35,947 bases of DNA from Dehalococcoidia bacterium (GCA_004376075.1 SOJQ01000083.1:1-35947); one strand, 5' to 3'; counted from the stretch's first letter, positions 8,960 to 19,002 are shown. A program made the numbers and translations. The notes: generated by a model not told the origin, from the sequence alone.

Positions 8960-10512
8960 CCTTGGGCGAGAACGAAGATCTAAGGGGGCTTTTTATCAAA
9001 AGGAGGAGGGAAAGCTCGGAAGACCTCCCTGACCTGGCGCCGGAACAGGATATAGATCAGATGTGGGATATCTACAGCGCCCTATCCGGTAGGGACATAA
9101 TTATCGAGGAAGTGAAAAGGCCAGCCCAAGCATGGCCAGAGCAGGAGGCAGCCGAACTTGAGGAAGGGGAGGAGGAGCCAAAGCCTAGGATTGAACCTGA
9201 GATTGAGCTGGAAACGGCGCTGGAACCGGAGGAGGAGGTCATTGATGACCCGGTGCGCATGTACCTTCGTGAGATCGGCAGGGTATCCCTGTTAACTGCT
9301 CAGGATGAGAAGAACCTGGCAAGCAAAATGGAGCTGGATAGACATGTAAGGAGGATCGAGGAGGATTGGTTCACCAAATTTGGCAACACCCCCTCAGCGG
9401 CTGATATCATGATTGCCATCCTGGAGCGGCTTTGTCAGTCTTCCCCTCTCATCGATATGCTAGCGGAGGAGCTTGGCTTACCTCCGTCAGTGAGCCTCTT
9501 GGATAGGATCTCTGACCCAAGGTTTCGTGCTGCCATTAAGGGCGTGATTGACCAGCGACTAGTAAGGGCTATCGCTGAGAGAACAGGAGGAGATTTGGTC
9601 GATGTAGAGCACGCAATAGTGAAGCTCTCGCTGGATAGCTGCTTCTTGCCGCCGGGGATTCTGGAGGCTATTGAGGGCAAATCCCTCACCGAGGTAGGGA
9701 CTCTATTACATGAGCCCGACTTCCTTTCCTCCCTACATGCTAAAGAAAAGGAATTCGAGGCATATCTTGAGGTGATCGATCGGGAGGCGGCCAAGGCGGA
9801 AAGGCACCTAACTGAGGCTAACCTCCGCCTCGTCGTCAGCGTGGCTAAGAAGTATATCGGCAGGGGGATGTCTTTCCTCGACTTAATACAGGAGGGCAAT
9901 ATAGGGCTGATCAGGGCGGTGGAGAAGTTCGATTATAGGAAGGGTTACAAATTCAGCACCTACGCCACTTGGTGGATCAGGCAGGCGATCACCAGAGCCA
10001 TCGCAGACCAAGCGCGCACCATCCGTATCCCTGTTCATATGGTGGAGACCATCAACAAGCTTCTTCGAATCAGCCGACGCTTGGTCCAGGAGTATGGAAG
10101 GGAGCCCACCAGCGAGGAGATCGGCGAAGGGATGGAGATCACCCCGGAGAAGGTGAGGGAGATCATCAAGGTATCCCAGGAGCCGGTATCCCTGGAGACC
10201 CCTGTTGGGGAGGAGGAGGATAGCCACCTCGGTGACTTCATCGAGGATCGGGCCGCAATGGCACCCCCTGAGGTGGCCTCTCACCAGCTTCTTAAAGAGC
10301 AGATCGAGGATGTACTTTCCTCCCTCAATCCCCGGGAGCGGCGGGTGCTTCAACTGAGATTTGGCCTTGAGGACGGGCGGAGCCGCACCCTTGAGGAGGT
10401 GGGCGTGGAGTTTGGGGTCACTAGAGAGCGCATTCGCCAGATCGAGGCCAAGGCGCTGCGGAAGCTGCGCCACCCCAGCCGCTCCAAGAAGCTCAAGGAT
10501 TACCTAGAGTAA
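8956..10512 (+). CDS. rpoD: Primary RNA polymerase sigma factor (sigma70 family)
   Basis: Region 2 ([54 protein letters not shown]), regions 3 and 4 ([29 protein letters not shown]) and an acidic N-terminal region are all present. Confidence 0.95.
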   Translation: MTLGENEDLRGLFIKRRRESSEDLPDLAPEQDIDQMWDIYSALSGRDIIIEEVKRPAQAWPEQEAAELEEGEEEPKPRIEPEIELETALEPEEEVIDDPVRMYLREIGRVSLLTAQDEKNLASKMELDRHVRRIEEDWFTKFGNTPSAADIMIAILERLCQSSPLIDMLAEELGLPPSVSLLDRISDPRFRAAIKGVIDQRLVRAIAERTGGDLVDVEHAIVKLSLDSCFLPPGILEAIEGKSLTEVGTLLHEPDFLSSLHAKEKEFEAYLEVIDREAAKAERHLTEANLRLVVSVAKKYIGRGMSFLDLIQEGNIGLIRAVEKFDYRKGYKFSTYATWWIRQAITRAIADQARTIRIPVHMVETINKLLRISRRLVQEYGREPTSEEIGEGMEITPEKVREIIKVSQEPVSLETPVGEEEDSHLGDFIEDRAAMAPPEVASHQLLKEQIEDVLSSLNPRERRVLQLRFGLEDGRSRTLEEVGVEFGVTRERIRQIEAKALRKLRHPSRSKKLKDYLE

Positions 10513-10520
10513 GGTAAAAA

Positions 10521-11108
10521 TTGAACATAATAAGAAGCCTTTTCCTTTTTCTGGGCGCTGTCTTTGCCTTATTGTTAATCATTGTCGGCGTCGGTGGCTA
10601 TTTAGTCACAGGTCCAGCGCCTATGGAGGCGGGAACCACCCCAGTGCCGGTGACCGATGAGGCGGCAGAAAGTTTCGACCAGAACATCGAGGATTTCGAG
10701 CAGGAGATAGCGCAAGCTTACCCTGGAGAAGAGGTGACCTTGGTCATCACCGAGGAGGAAGCCACCTCAAAGCTAGCCGAGCTCGCTGCTGCTGGCCAGC
10801 TCCCCCTGGAGATGAATCGCGTTCAGATCCACTTCGATGAGGGTATGGTATGTGGTTTTGCCATAGTAGATGTTGGCACCGATGTGCAAGTAGCCCTTCA
10901 AGCTAGAATTGAGGCTGAAGACGGGAAACCTAAAATAACAATTGAGAGCCTCAACTTTGGTAGGCTTCCCATCCCCAGCACGTTAGTGGACCAGGTGATG
11001 GTCGCTATTATGAGGCAGCTAGGGGAGCGATGGGAGAGCGTCCCCGTGGAGTTGCATGATATTACCATTAAGGACGGAAAGCTGACCGTTATTGCGGTAA
11101 CAAAGTAG
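10521..11108 (+). CDS. Hypothetical membrane-anchored protein
   Basis: It has a TTG start. An N-terminal hydrophobic helix (IIRSLFLFLGAVFALLLIIVGVGGYLV) is followed by an acidic soluble domain. I do not recognise a family. Confidence 0.5.
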   Translation: MNIIRSLFLFLGAVFALLLIIVGVGGYLVTGPAPMEAGTTPVPVTDEAAESFDQNIEDFEQEIAQAYPGEEVTLVITEEEATSKLAELAAAGQLPLEMNRVQIHFDEGMVCGFAIVDVGTDVQVALQARIEAEDGKPKITIESLNFGRLPIPSTLVDQVMVAIMRQLGERWESVPVELHDITIKDGKLTVIAVTK

Positions 11109-11117
11109 CCTGTTTGC

Positions 11118-12443
11118 CTAATGGAGCATTGGCCATAGCTTTCTTCCCCGTGCTGAGGCCATCTGCTTCACCAGCTTTCGTGTCTGGCGCAATTGGTTCA
11201 GCAGTTGATTGACATCTTGCGGCGTTGTCCCACTACCTTGGGCGATGCGACGCCTTCTGCTGCCATCGATGATGTCCGGGTTGCGACGCTCCTCAGGGGT
11301 CATGGAAAGGATAATCGCCTCGGTCTGTTTAAGTTTCTTTTCATCTACCGCCTGAGGGGCGCGGCGCGCTATCGAGGAGAGCCCCGGGATCATCTCCACC
11401 AATTGACTCAAAGGCCCCATCTTCTGCATCTGCTGGAGCTGCCATAGAAAGTCCTCAAGGTCGAGGGTGGCATGGCGCAGCTTCCTCTCCAGCTCCCTTG
11501 TCCGCTCCTCGTCAAGGGTCTTCTCCGCCCTTTCGATAAGGGTAAGCATATCCCCCATGCCCAGGATGCGCGATGCCAGCCGGTCGGGGTGGAAGGTTTC
11601 AAAGGCGTCCACCTTCTCACCGGTTCCGATGAACTTAATAGGCACCCCGGTGACCGATTTGATGGAGAGGGCTGCCCCACCATGAGCATCGCCATCCATC
11701 TTAGTGAGAATCAGCCCGGTGAGCCCTGCTTTAGCATGGAACTCCTCGGCGGCACGCACTGCATCCTGCCCGGTCATCGCATCGACCACTAATAGCACCT
11801 CGGAGGGTTTAAGCTCCCTCTTCATGGCCGCCATCTCCTCCATCATCGCCTCATCGATGTGGAGGCGACCCCCGGTATCGGCGATAACCCAGGTAGCAGC
11901 CAGCTCCCTGGCGCGCTTCATGGCGTGGGCACAAATAGAAACAGGTTTTGATGAGACGTCTTCCCTATAGACGGGTATGTCATGCTGCTTGCCAAGGACA
12001 ACTAGCTGCTCGATAGCGGCAGGTCGGCGAAGGTCGGCGGCAACGAGCAAGGGGCGGTATCCTAAGCTCTTCAGGTGGAGGGCTAGCTTTGCCGCTGTGG
12101 TTGTTTTCCCTGAGCCTTGGAGACCGACGAGCATCACCATTGTCGGGGGATGGCTCGCCGGCACGAGGTGACTGGGATCCCCTCCCAGAATGGCGATAAG
12201 CTCCTCATTAACGATCTTCACAACCTGCTGCGCCGGGGTTAGGCTCTCCATAACCTCAGCACCCAGGGAGCGCTCCCGCACCTTGGCGATAAAATCCCTT
12301 ACCACCTTGAAGTTGACATCGGCCTCCAAAAGCGCCAGCCTCACCTCCCTGAGCGCCTCATCGATATCCCTTTCGCTGAGCCTGCCCTTGCTGCTCAGCT
12401 TTCCAAAAACGCCGCCCAGTTTTTCCGACAAGACCTCGAACAT
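11118..12443 (-). CDS. ffh: Signal recognition particle protein Ffh
   Basis: The N and G domains carry GLQGSGKTTTAAKLA, DTGGRLH and TKMDGDA. The M domain is Met-rich with a C-terminal basic tail. Confidence 0.95.
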   Translation of the reverse strand: MFEVLSEKLGGVFGKLSSKGRLSERDIDEALREVRLALLEADVNFKVVRDFIAKVRERSLGAEVMESLTPAQQVVKIVNEELIAILGGDPSHLVPASHPPTMVMLVGLQGSGKTTTAAKLALHLKSLGYRPLLVAADLRRPAAIEQLVVLGKQHDIPVYREDVSSKPVSICAHAMKRARELAATWVIADTGGRLHIDEAMMEEMAAMKRELKPSEVLLVVDAMTGQDAVRAAEEFHAKAGLTGLILTKMDGDAHGGAALSIKSVTGVPIKFIGTGEKVDAFETFHPDRLASRILGMGDMLTLIERAEKTLDEERTRELERKLRHATLDLEDFLWQLQQMQKMGPLSQLVEMIPGLSSIARRAPQAVDEKKLKQTEAIILSMTPEERRNPDIIDGSRRRRIAQGSGTTPQDVNQLLNQLRQTRKLVKQMASARGRKLWPMLH

Positions 12444-12558
12444 GCGCCACCTCAGGCATCACTATTTTAATCGGCATAGCCCTAATGGTCAAGCGAGCTA
12501 GGAGCCATTGGCTCGATCGTGATAGAATAAAGGCGAGCTATTTTAAGGGGGGTTAATC

Positions 12559-14043
12559 ATGCCTTCACTAACCTTTTATGGTGGGGTGGGGGAAATCGGT
12601 GGCAACAAAATTCTCCTCGAGGACGAGCGCAAAAGGATCTGGTTTGACTTTGGCATGAGTTTCGCTCAGTCAGGAAGGTATTTCGCTGAATTCTTGCAGC
12701 CCAAGAAATATAATGGTGTTCTCGACTTCTTGGAGATGGACCTCCTGCCCGGGCTGTCGGATATGGGTGGTTTTTATCGGGAGGATTATCTTTCCCACGC
12801 CGCTATGGAGACCTGGGACAAGGCAGCATACGATGCCGTTTTCTTAAGTCATGCCCATGCCGATCATTCCTTCTACATCCACTTCATAAGGAGGGAAATT
12901 CCCATCTACGCCTCTGAGGTAACCAGGCAGATTCTGGCAGCTATTGAGACCACCTCCACTTCAGGCTTTACCGACTTTTTGACCTTTAAGGAGACCTTTA
13001 AGCTGACGTCAAAGAAAAGGGGTGAAGGGCAGACGAGGCTCATCGGCGAAAAGGCGAAGGTTCCCCGGGATTTTAGGGTGATCGAAGAAGGGGGAAAAGT
13101 CCTTATTGGCGACATAGCAATTGAGGCGCTAGCGGTAAATCACTCCCTTCCCGGAGCGCTGGGCTTTATCATCCATACCTCTCGGGGCGCTATAGCCTAT
13201 AGCGGTGACCTTAGATTTCATGGCTATGGCGGCGGTCTAACCAGAAGGTTTGTGGAGAGGGCAGCTGAGGCTGAGCCCATCGCCCTGATTTGCGAGGGGA
13301 CGCGCATCAACGAAACCGAGAGCCTTACCGAGCAGGATATTCAGGATAGAGCGGGGAAGGTAGTTCAACAGACGAAGAATTTAGCCATTGTAAATTATCC
13401 GTGGAAGGATATAGAGCGAATGAGGAGTTTTTATGAGGTGGCCAGGGCTAGTAAGCGCAGGCTAGTAGTCAGCTTGAAGCAGGCGCATTTGCTCAAAATG
13501 CTGGAGGGCACCGATGCCCAAGCACCCCCTCTAGATGATGATCATATAGCCATTTACATCGATAGAAAAAATTGGGGCCTGGTGACAAAGCTCGACTATC
13601 CAAGGAATATCATAGAGCAGGACTATGAGAATTGGGAGCGCGAATTTTTGGATCACCCAAATCGGGTCACCTGCGAGGATATTCGTCGTCATCCAAGCGA
13701 TTTCATCATCAGGATCGATTTCTTTGCCCTGGCGGACCTCATCGATCTCAGGCCTGCGGAGGGCTCCTGCTATATTCGCTCGATGACCGAGCCACTGGAT
13801 GAGGAGGCGGAGATTGAATTGTGGCGGGTGGAAAACTGGCTGAGGCATTTCGGGCTTTACCCCTATGAGCAGATTCACGCCTCGGGGCATGCCTCGGGGT
13901 CGGAGATCAAAAGGCTGATAGAGGATATCGATCCAAAGCTAGTTTTCCCCATTCATACAGAGCATCCGGAGCAGTTTCAGGAGATCGTCCCCAGAGGGAC
14001 AAAGGTAGTTATCCCGGAGAGGGGGAGGGAGTATAGAATTTGA
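12559..14043 (+). CDS. MBL-fold beta-CASP ribonuclease, RNase J-like
   Basis: Motifs present are GGVGEIGGNKILLE (RNase J-type N-terminus), SHAHADHS (HxHxDH), NHSLPGA, YSGDLRF, beta-CASP motif A (CEGT), motif B (HASGHAS) and motif C (PIHTEH). A His at motif C is typical of the RNA-acting members. Confidence 0.7.
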   Translation: MPSLTFYGGVGEIGGNKILLEDERKRIWFDFGMSFAQSGRYFAEFLQPKKYNGVLDFLEMDLLPGLSDMGGFYREDYLSHAAMETWDKAAYDAVFLSHAHADHSFYIHFIRREIPIYASEVTRQILAAIETTSTSGFTDFLTFKETFKLTSKKRGEGQTRLIGEKAKVPRDFRVIEEGGKVLIGDIAIEALAVNHSLPGALGFIIHTSRGAIAYSGDLRFHGYGGGLTRRFVERAAEAEPIALICEGTRINETESLTEQDIQDRAGKVVQQTKNLAIVNYPWKDIERMRSFYEVARASKRRLVVSLKQAHLLKMLEGTDAQAPPLDDDHIAIYIDRKNWGLVTKLDYPRNIIEQDYENWEREFLDHPNRVTCEDIRRHPSDFIIRIDFFALADLIDLRPAEGSCYIRSMTEPLDEEAEIELWRVENWLRHFGLYPYEQIHASGHASGSEIKRLIEDIDPKLVFPIHTEHPEQFQEIVPRGTKVVIPERGREYRI

Positions 14044-14086
14044 GGAGGGTGACAATGGGGCAGGAGCTTTTTAGAGGAGGCGAAAG

Positions 14087-16663
14087 ATGATCCCGATTAA
14101 GCTGGCGCTGAGAAACTTCATGTGCTATCGAGAAAACGTGCCACCCCTTTCCTTCGATGGTATTCATGTGGCCTGCCTTTGTGGCGACAACGGCAATGGA
14201 AAGTCGGCACTCCTCGATGCGATGACCTGGGCGCTTTGGGGGGAGGCAAGAGGTGTCGAGCGCAAGAACTCCGACAACCTTGTGCATCTAGGCCAGAGGG
14301 AGATGAAAGTGGAGTTCGAGTTTCTTGCTGGTCCCAATCGATACCGCGTCCTTCGCGGGTGGACCAAATCAAGCCCAACGCGCAGGGGTGGCGGTCACCT
14401 GGAACTACAGCTTGCCACAGAGGCCGGCTTTAAGCCCATCACAGGCAACACGATGGACGAAACGCAGCAGAAGATCACCGAAATCCTGCGCATGGACTAT
14501 GATACCTTCATTAACAGCGCCTTCCTCCTCCAGGGTCGCGCTGATGAGTTCACTGTTAACTCGCCCTCGAAGCGGAAGGAGATCCTGGCCGATATCCTGG
14601 GCCTTTCCTTTTACGATGAGTTGGAGGAGCGAGCAAGAAATTATGCCAGGGAGAGGGAGCGAGACAAAAAGGAGCTGGAGAGCGACATCAAAGATATAGA
14701 CGATGAGCTGGTCCACAGAGAGGAGTATGAGATTCAGCTTAGGGGGGTGATGGAGGCAATCGGTGAATTGGAAAGGGAGTCGGAAAAACAGGAGGGCAGG
14801 GTCAATGCATTGCAAAAGCAAAAGAACGAACTCGATCTAAAGAGGGAGCAATTAGCGGAGGTGGACAGGCGCATTGTCCAGGCGGAGGGAGAGCTTTCCT
14901 ACCTTATGAGCCAGGTCTCAAACCAGCGTCGCCGCGTGGAAGAATATGAAAAAGTCATCGCAGAGCGGATGGCGATAAGGGGAGGATTTCATCAGCTCCT
15001 TGAAGTAAAGAGGGAAAACGAAGAGCTAAACAATAAACTTAGGGCACTGCTTAACATAAATGAAAGGAAAGCCAGGCTGCAGCAGCTGGTGGAAAAGGCA
15101 AAGGGCGAATTGGTCGCCGAGAAAAGGATTGGGGGAAGCAAAATTGAGCAACTGGAGCCCAAGGTCAATATGCTGGCGAGATTTGAAGAGGAGTTAACCG
15201 AGGCAAGGGGGCGACTCGATGAGGTGGTGGGATGGGAGGAGGAGCTTCTCAAGAAGAGGCGCCTTTCCCAGGAGCTTTCAAGCCAAATCAGCCTCCTCGA
15301 GTCCAGGGGTGCCCAGCTTGAGGAGGAGATAAAGACGCTGGAGGAAAAGCTTGACCTGCTCTCCCAAGAGGAGGCGAGATGCCCCTTATGCGAGACGGAG
15401 CTTGGCGTCGAGGGGCGCGACAGGATCGTGGCCAAATATGAAGGTGAGAGAAGGGTGAAAGCGGATGCCTATCAGGCAAATCGGCAGGAGATTGACCGGG
15501 GAAGGAAAGAGCACCGCTCTTTGGAGGGAGAGGTTATCAATTTGGAGGGAAGGATAAAAAGGGAGCGAGCAGCGGGGGAGGGTCGGGTGGTCACCTTGGA
15601 AAGCAAGATTGCCGAGGCGAGGCAGGCTAAACTGGAGATCGCTGAGGAAAGGGTGCGCCTCAGCGAGGTTGAGGAGCGCCTAGCGAAGGGGGAGTTCGCC
15701 CTTTCCGAGCAGGAGGAGCTTAGGGAGGTGCTGAACCAGCTAGAGGAGCTGGCATACCACCCAGAGAGACATCGGGAGGTGCAGCACCGCTTGGCTGAGC
15801 TTGAAGGTTATGAGGAATTACATCGGCGGCTTGAGGAGGCTGAAAGCCTTATCTGGAGAGAGAGGGAGAGCCTGGCACAGGCGGAGCGGGCTGCCTCCAC
15901 TAAGCAAAGAGACCTCTGGGAGGATGTCCAAAGGAGGGAGGCCTTATCTATGGAACTTGCTGCCCTCCCCGAGCTGCTAAGTAGCCTGAGCAGTGCCCAG
16001 CAAGTCCTTGAGGAACTGCTCCAGCGCCAGCGCAACGGGCGTGATAGATTGGTGGAGCTTCAAACAAGGCTTGAGCACCTCGCCTCTCGGGAGCGGATCA
16101 GGGCGGAAAAGGAAGAGGCATTGCTCCAGGCCTCCAGGGAAAAGGGGATTTATGAGGAGTTGGCCGCTGCCTTTGGCAAGAAGGGGATTCAGGCTTTGAT
16201 CATCGAAACGGTGCTCCCTGAGATCGAGGAGGAGGCGAACAGGCTCCTTTCAAGGATGACCGATAACAGGATGCATATAAAGATGGAGCCCCAGCGTGCC
16301 TACAAGACCAGGAAAGGGGAAGAGGAGACCCTGGATATAAACATATCGGACGAATTAGGCACCCGCTGCTACGAGATGTATAGCGGCGGCGAGGCCTTTC
16401 GCATCAACTTCGCCCTGCGCATCGCCCTCTCCAAGCTCCTGGCGCGGCGGGCGGGGGCTCCATTGCCGACATTGATCATCGATGAGGGATTTGGCACCCA
16501 GGACACCGGCGGCAGGGAGAAATTGGTCGAGGCCATAAACTCCATTCAGGACGACTTTGAGAAGATCCTGGTCATCACCCACATCGAGGAGCTCAGGGAC
16601 GCCTTCCCGGTGCGCATCGAGGTCACCAAAACCGCCGAGGGCTCGATGATCGAGGTGAGCTAG
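14087..16663 (+). CDS. sbcC: SbcC/Rad50-family SMC-like ATPase with a zinc hook
   Basis: It has Walker A (CGDNGNGKSALLDAMTWALWG), a very long E/L/R-rich coiled coil with a central CPLC hook (ARCPLCETEL), the signature motif YSGGEAFRINFALRIALS and Walker B (LIIDEGFGTQD). GGAGG lies 6 nt upstream of the ATG. Confidence 0.85.
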   Translation: MIPIKLALRNFMCYRENVPPLSFDGIHVACLCGDNGNGKSALLDAMTWALWGEARGVERKNSDNLVHLGQREMKVEFEFLAGPNRYRVLRGWTKSSPTRRGGGHLELQLATEAGFKPITGNTMDETQQKITEILRMDYDTFINSAFLLQGRADEFTVNSPSKRKEILADILGLSFYDELEERARNYARERERDKKELESDIKDIDDELVHREEYEIQLRGVMEAIGELERESEKQEGRVNALQKQKNELDLKREQLAEVDRRIVQAEGELSYLMSQVSNQRRRVEEYEKVIAERMAIRGGFHQLLEVKRENEELNNKLRALLNINERKARLQQLVEKAKGELVAEKRIGGSKIEQLEPKVNMLARFEEELTEARGRLDEVVGWEEELLKKRRLSQELSSQISLLESRGAQLEEEIKTLEEKLDLLSQEEARCPLCETELGVEGRDRIVAKYEGERRVKADAYQANRQEIDRGRKEHRSLEGEVINLEGRIKRERAAGEGRVVTLESKIAEARQAKLEIAEERVRLSEVEERLAKGEFALSEQEELREVLNQLEELAYHPERHREVQHRLAELEGYEELHRRLEEAESLIWRERESLAQAERAASTKQRDLWEDVQRREALSMELAALPELLSSLSSAQQVLEELLQRQRNGRDRLVELQTRLEHLASRERIRAEKEEALLQASREKGIYEELAAAFGKKGIQALIIETVLPEIEEEANRLLSRMTDNRMHIKMEPQRAYKTRKGEEETLDINISDELGTRCYEMYSGGEAFRINFALRIALSKLLARRAGAPLPTLIIDEGFGTQDTGGREKLVEAINSIQDDFEKILVITHIEELRDAFPVRIEVTKTAEGSMIEVS

Positions 16664-16741
16664 AGATTGACAGCGGGGAAGAAGCTTTTGCAAAGCAAAA
16701 ATTTCGGTGAGTGCCATAAGGCACAAACCTTTTATGCTGTG

Positions 16742-18046
16742 TTATGTGCAGTGCTGTATATTCGAAGCCTTCCATGATTCTCTATTCTTTTTTTTATCGA
16801 AAGATGGAATTGCATCAAAACTAACTTCATTTCCATCTGTTATATCAGGTGGCAAATCTGACTTATAACAGAAAAAGGATTGCTCGTCTTTTGCAATAAT
16901 AAAACAGAATGGACGGTCGCTCCGACCTAAACTTACTTTACCAACAAGTCCCTTTTTTACTTTGCGTTTCTTATATGACAAGTTCTTTAAGTTGTTCTCT
17001 TTACCCAGTAGTTTGCTCCACTCAGTTCGGCAAATACTCAATGCTTCTTTTAGAGAAGATGGCTCCTTGTTATTGCCAATAATTTTATTTAAATCATCAA
17101 CAGTATTTATTATAGGCTCAGGTACAGTCCATCCCTTTTCATTTCTAACGTATTTGCATAGGACAAGGTGGGCTCTGGCTTCTTCGTAATTTCCCAGCTC
17201 CTTGCAGAGGATTCCAATATCTACAAATAGGGATACCATAGATTCAAGTTTTGAATGACCACTAGCAGCTTGGTACATTAATTTTAAAGCGTCTTCTCTG
17301 CGGCCTATATCTCTAACTACTTTTGCATACTCATGAAGCATCCACCAGTCAGGCTTATAATCACTACTTAGATTTTGATAAATCCTTTCTGATTCAGGAA
17401 GGTTGCCAAGAAGATGGTTTGCTAAGGCCTTAAGTCGCAGGAGGAATTTTCGTTGTCTAGGGAATCGTTCTAGAATTTCATCGACTATACTTATTGCTTC
17501 TTTTGCATCCCCTTTTTCAATGAGCCCGTTTATACGGTAGTTATACCAGAGAGATTGATCACTCCATCCTTCCCTACCTGTATCATCTATCATAGGGTTC
17601 GTACTAAGAGAATCCGGAGCAATTTTAACCACCCATTCATTAACAGTCTCCCAATGATTAGAAGACTTGGCTGATTTTAACACTTTAAAAACTGTTAGCT
17701 TTGCAGCTAAACCGGTGGGGTTCAAGCTCATTATTCTGTTGGCTGTCTCTACTACCCTTTCAAGAGATTCTTCCTCGCCTAATTTATTAAGTACTCCTTG
17801 GATGTAAACCCATATAACTTCATTTCGGCACCATTCAAAATCAGGATATTTAGCGATCAGTTCATCGGCAAGAACGATTGCCTCATCAAACAATTCTAGT
17901 TTTCTAAGACAGTGAAGAAGCCCAGCACCATCAAACTCATCTCCTGTTTCTTTCCATAAATCTTTGTAGAGTAGGAGAGCTTCTCTGAAATTCTTTACTT
18001 TTCTAAGTTGATTAGCTTTCTGTTTCTGTTCTGTTATGTCAGCCAT
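16742..18046 (-). CDS. TPR-repeat protein with a C-terminal degenerate cold-shock/OB-like domain (island gene C)
   Basis: About 350 aa consist of helical-repeat sequence with TPR-like A/L/Y/W periodicity (e.g. FREALLLYKDLW, FDEAIVLADELIAKYPDF, AKEAISIVDEILERFP, REDALKLMYQAA, YEEARAHLVLCKYV). The last ~70 aa (GKVSLGRSDRPFCFIIAKDEQSFFCYKSDL...GNEVSFDA...SWKASNI) align with the Csp at 20452-20655. Confidence 0.7.
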   Translation of the reverse strand: MADITEQKQKANQLRKVKNFREALLLYKDLWKETGDEFDGAGLLHCLRKLELFDEAIVLADELIAKYPDFEWCRNEVIWVYIQGVLNKLGEEESLERVVETANRIMSLNPTGLAAKLTVFKVLKSAKSSNHWETVNEWVVKIAPDSLSTNPMIDDTGREGWSDQSLWYNYRINGLIEKGDAKEAISIVDEILERFPRQRKFLLRLKALANHLLGNLPESERIYQNLSSDYKPDWWMLHEYAKVVRDIGRREDALKLMYQAASGHSKLESMVSLFVDIGILCKELGNYEEARAHLVLCKYVRNEKGWTVPEPIINTVDDLNKIIGNNKEPSSLKEALSICRTEWSKLLGKENNLKNLSYKKRKVKKGLVGKVSLGRSDRPFCFIIAKDEQSFFCYKSDLPPDITDGNEVSFDAIPSFDKKKNRESWKASNIQHCT

Positions 18047-18060
18047 ATTCTATATCTCAG

Positions 18061-19002
18061 CTATTTATTAAGAACCTCAGCAGTGATCTTGAAATGCAAT
18101 TTTGCCACCTTCCGGAGCTCCTCTCTCCCATGTACATCGGCAAACCTCTTTGCATTTTCCACAACCGCCTGTGATGCACCTTTAGGCAAGTCAATTTTAT
18201 ATTCATTTGATAGTTTAGACAGTTTTTCTAAAAACCTTGCTCGGGCTAGAATCGATGCCGCTGCAACAGCTATATGCTGTTCTGCTTTATGCATTTGTAT
18301 TAGTTTAATCCTTTTACCTTTTTCCTGAAGTTTGCTTTGGATAAAGCTTTCATCGGCAAATTGGTCAGCAATTGCAACTTTGCAATCTACTCTAGAAAGA
18401 ACTTCTTCTATCGCTTTTGCATGTCCCCAAGCAAGTAATGTATTTAAATTCTTCTTTTCCCTTTTAAATTGCTCGTATAAGTCATTATACTTTTCTGGAG
18501 ATATTTCAATAATCGCAAAACGCCCCTTACATATTTTTGCTACTTCCCGAGCAAGCTCTAAGTTCTTACTATCGCTAAGTTTCTTGCTATCCTTGACACC
18601 ACATTCAATCAAATCTGTCGCAGATCGCTCATCTACATAGACACCAGCGCTAACTAAGGGCCCGAAATAATCACCTTTGCCAGATTCATCTGTACCAATT
18701 ATGGGTAATCCTAATGCAACATCTTTCTTGCTTGATTTTTTTGAATCGGATGATATTCCTTTATCTTCTATCAAAGTTTGGATTTTTATACCATTTACTC
18801 CACCTTTAAGTTGCGAATAATCAATTTTCAAAATACCTTTTTTGTTCTGATAGATTCTAATTACTCCTGACCAGTCAAGAATAGATACGGTAAACTGCAA
18901 ACCATAATCAATCAATTTATAGTCAGAGACATTGATATTGTCAACTTTCAGTATCGATTTTATATGTTCATACACTTCAAGAAGTCTATTTCCTTGTTCC
19001 AT
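18061..19002 (-). CDS. rnhC: RNase HIII (island gene B)
   Basis: The type-2 RNase H core matches RNase HIII as I remember B. subtilis RnhC: IIGTDESGKGDYFGPLV (D/E codons at 18685-18690), VKDSKKLSD, IADQFAD, HKAEQHIAVAAASILARARF, DLPKGAS and AKLHFK. It also has an N-terminal DUF3378/TBP-like domain (VIRIYQNKKGILKIDY). I prefer ATG 19002, which lies 8 nt after AAGGGG; GTG 19011 is the ORF-track start. Confidence 0.85.
   Translation of the reverse strand: MEQGNRLLEVYEHIKSILKVDNINVSDYKLIDYGLQFTVSILDWSGVIRIYQNKKGILKIDYSQLKGGVNGIKIQTLIEDKGISSDSKKSSKKDVALGLPIIGTDESGKGDYFGPLVSAGVYVDERSATDLIECGVKDSKKLSDSKNLELAREVAKICKGRFAIIEISPEKYNDLYEQFKREKKNLNTLLAWGHAKAIEEVLSRVDCKVAIADQFADESFIQSKLQEKGKRIKLIQMHKAEQHIAVAAASILARARFLEKLSKLSNEYKIDLPKGASQAVVENAKRFADVHGREELRKVAKLHFKITAEVLNK

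Noticed and set aside
9883-10473. 196-aa minus-strand ORF inside rpoD. Similar long antisense ORFs occur at 3115-3738, 4522-4971, 14992-15435, 27469-28185, 28433-28933 and 30371-31066.
   Set aside because: All are antisense to genes with unmistakable family motifs. They lack ribosome-binding sites and recognisable motifs and have skewed G/P/L/R/S-rich compositions.
12444-12558. Possible 4.5S/SRP RNA or other ncRNA next to ffh
   Set aside because: The 115-nt divergent spacer lacks the conserved SRP RNA domain IV motifs (GGAA/AGCA-type loop context). It is adequately explained as two promoters and 5' UTRs.
16664-16741. Small hairpins (16684-16696, 16711-16724) between sbcC and the island, considered as attachment-site repeats or strong bidirectional terminators
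   Set aside because: The stems are only 5 bp and have no adjacent U-run on either strand. No matching repeat exists at the other island junction. They are mentioned only in the boundary finding.
16962-18640. Plus-strand ORFs inside the AT-rich island (16962-17189, 18008-18328, 18332-18640), considered as candidate small antitoxins
   Set aside because: They are antisense to the TPR and RNase HIII genes. Their products are F/L/S/I-rich, as expected from translating the AT-rich antisense strand, and no Shine-Dalgarno precedes them.
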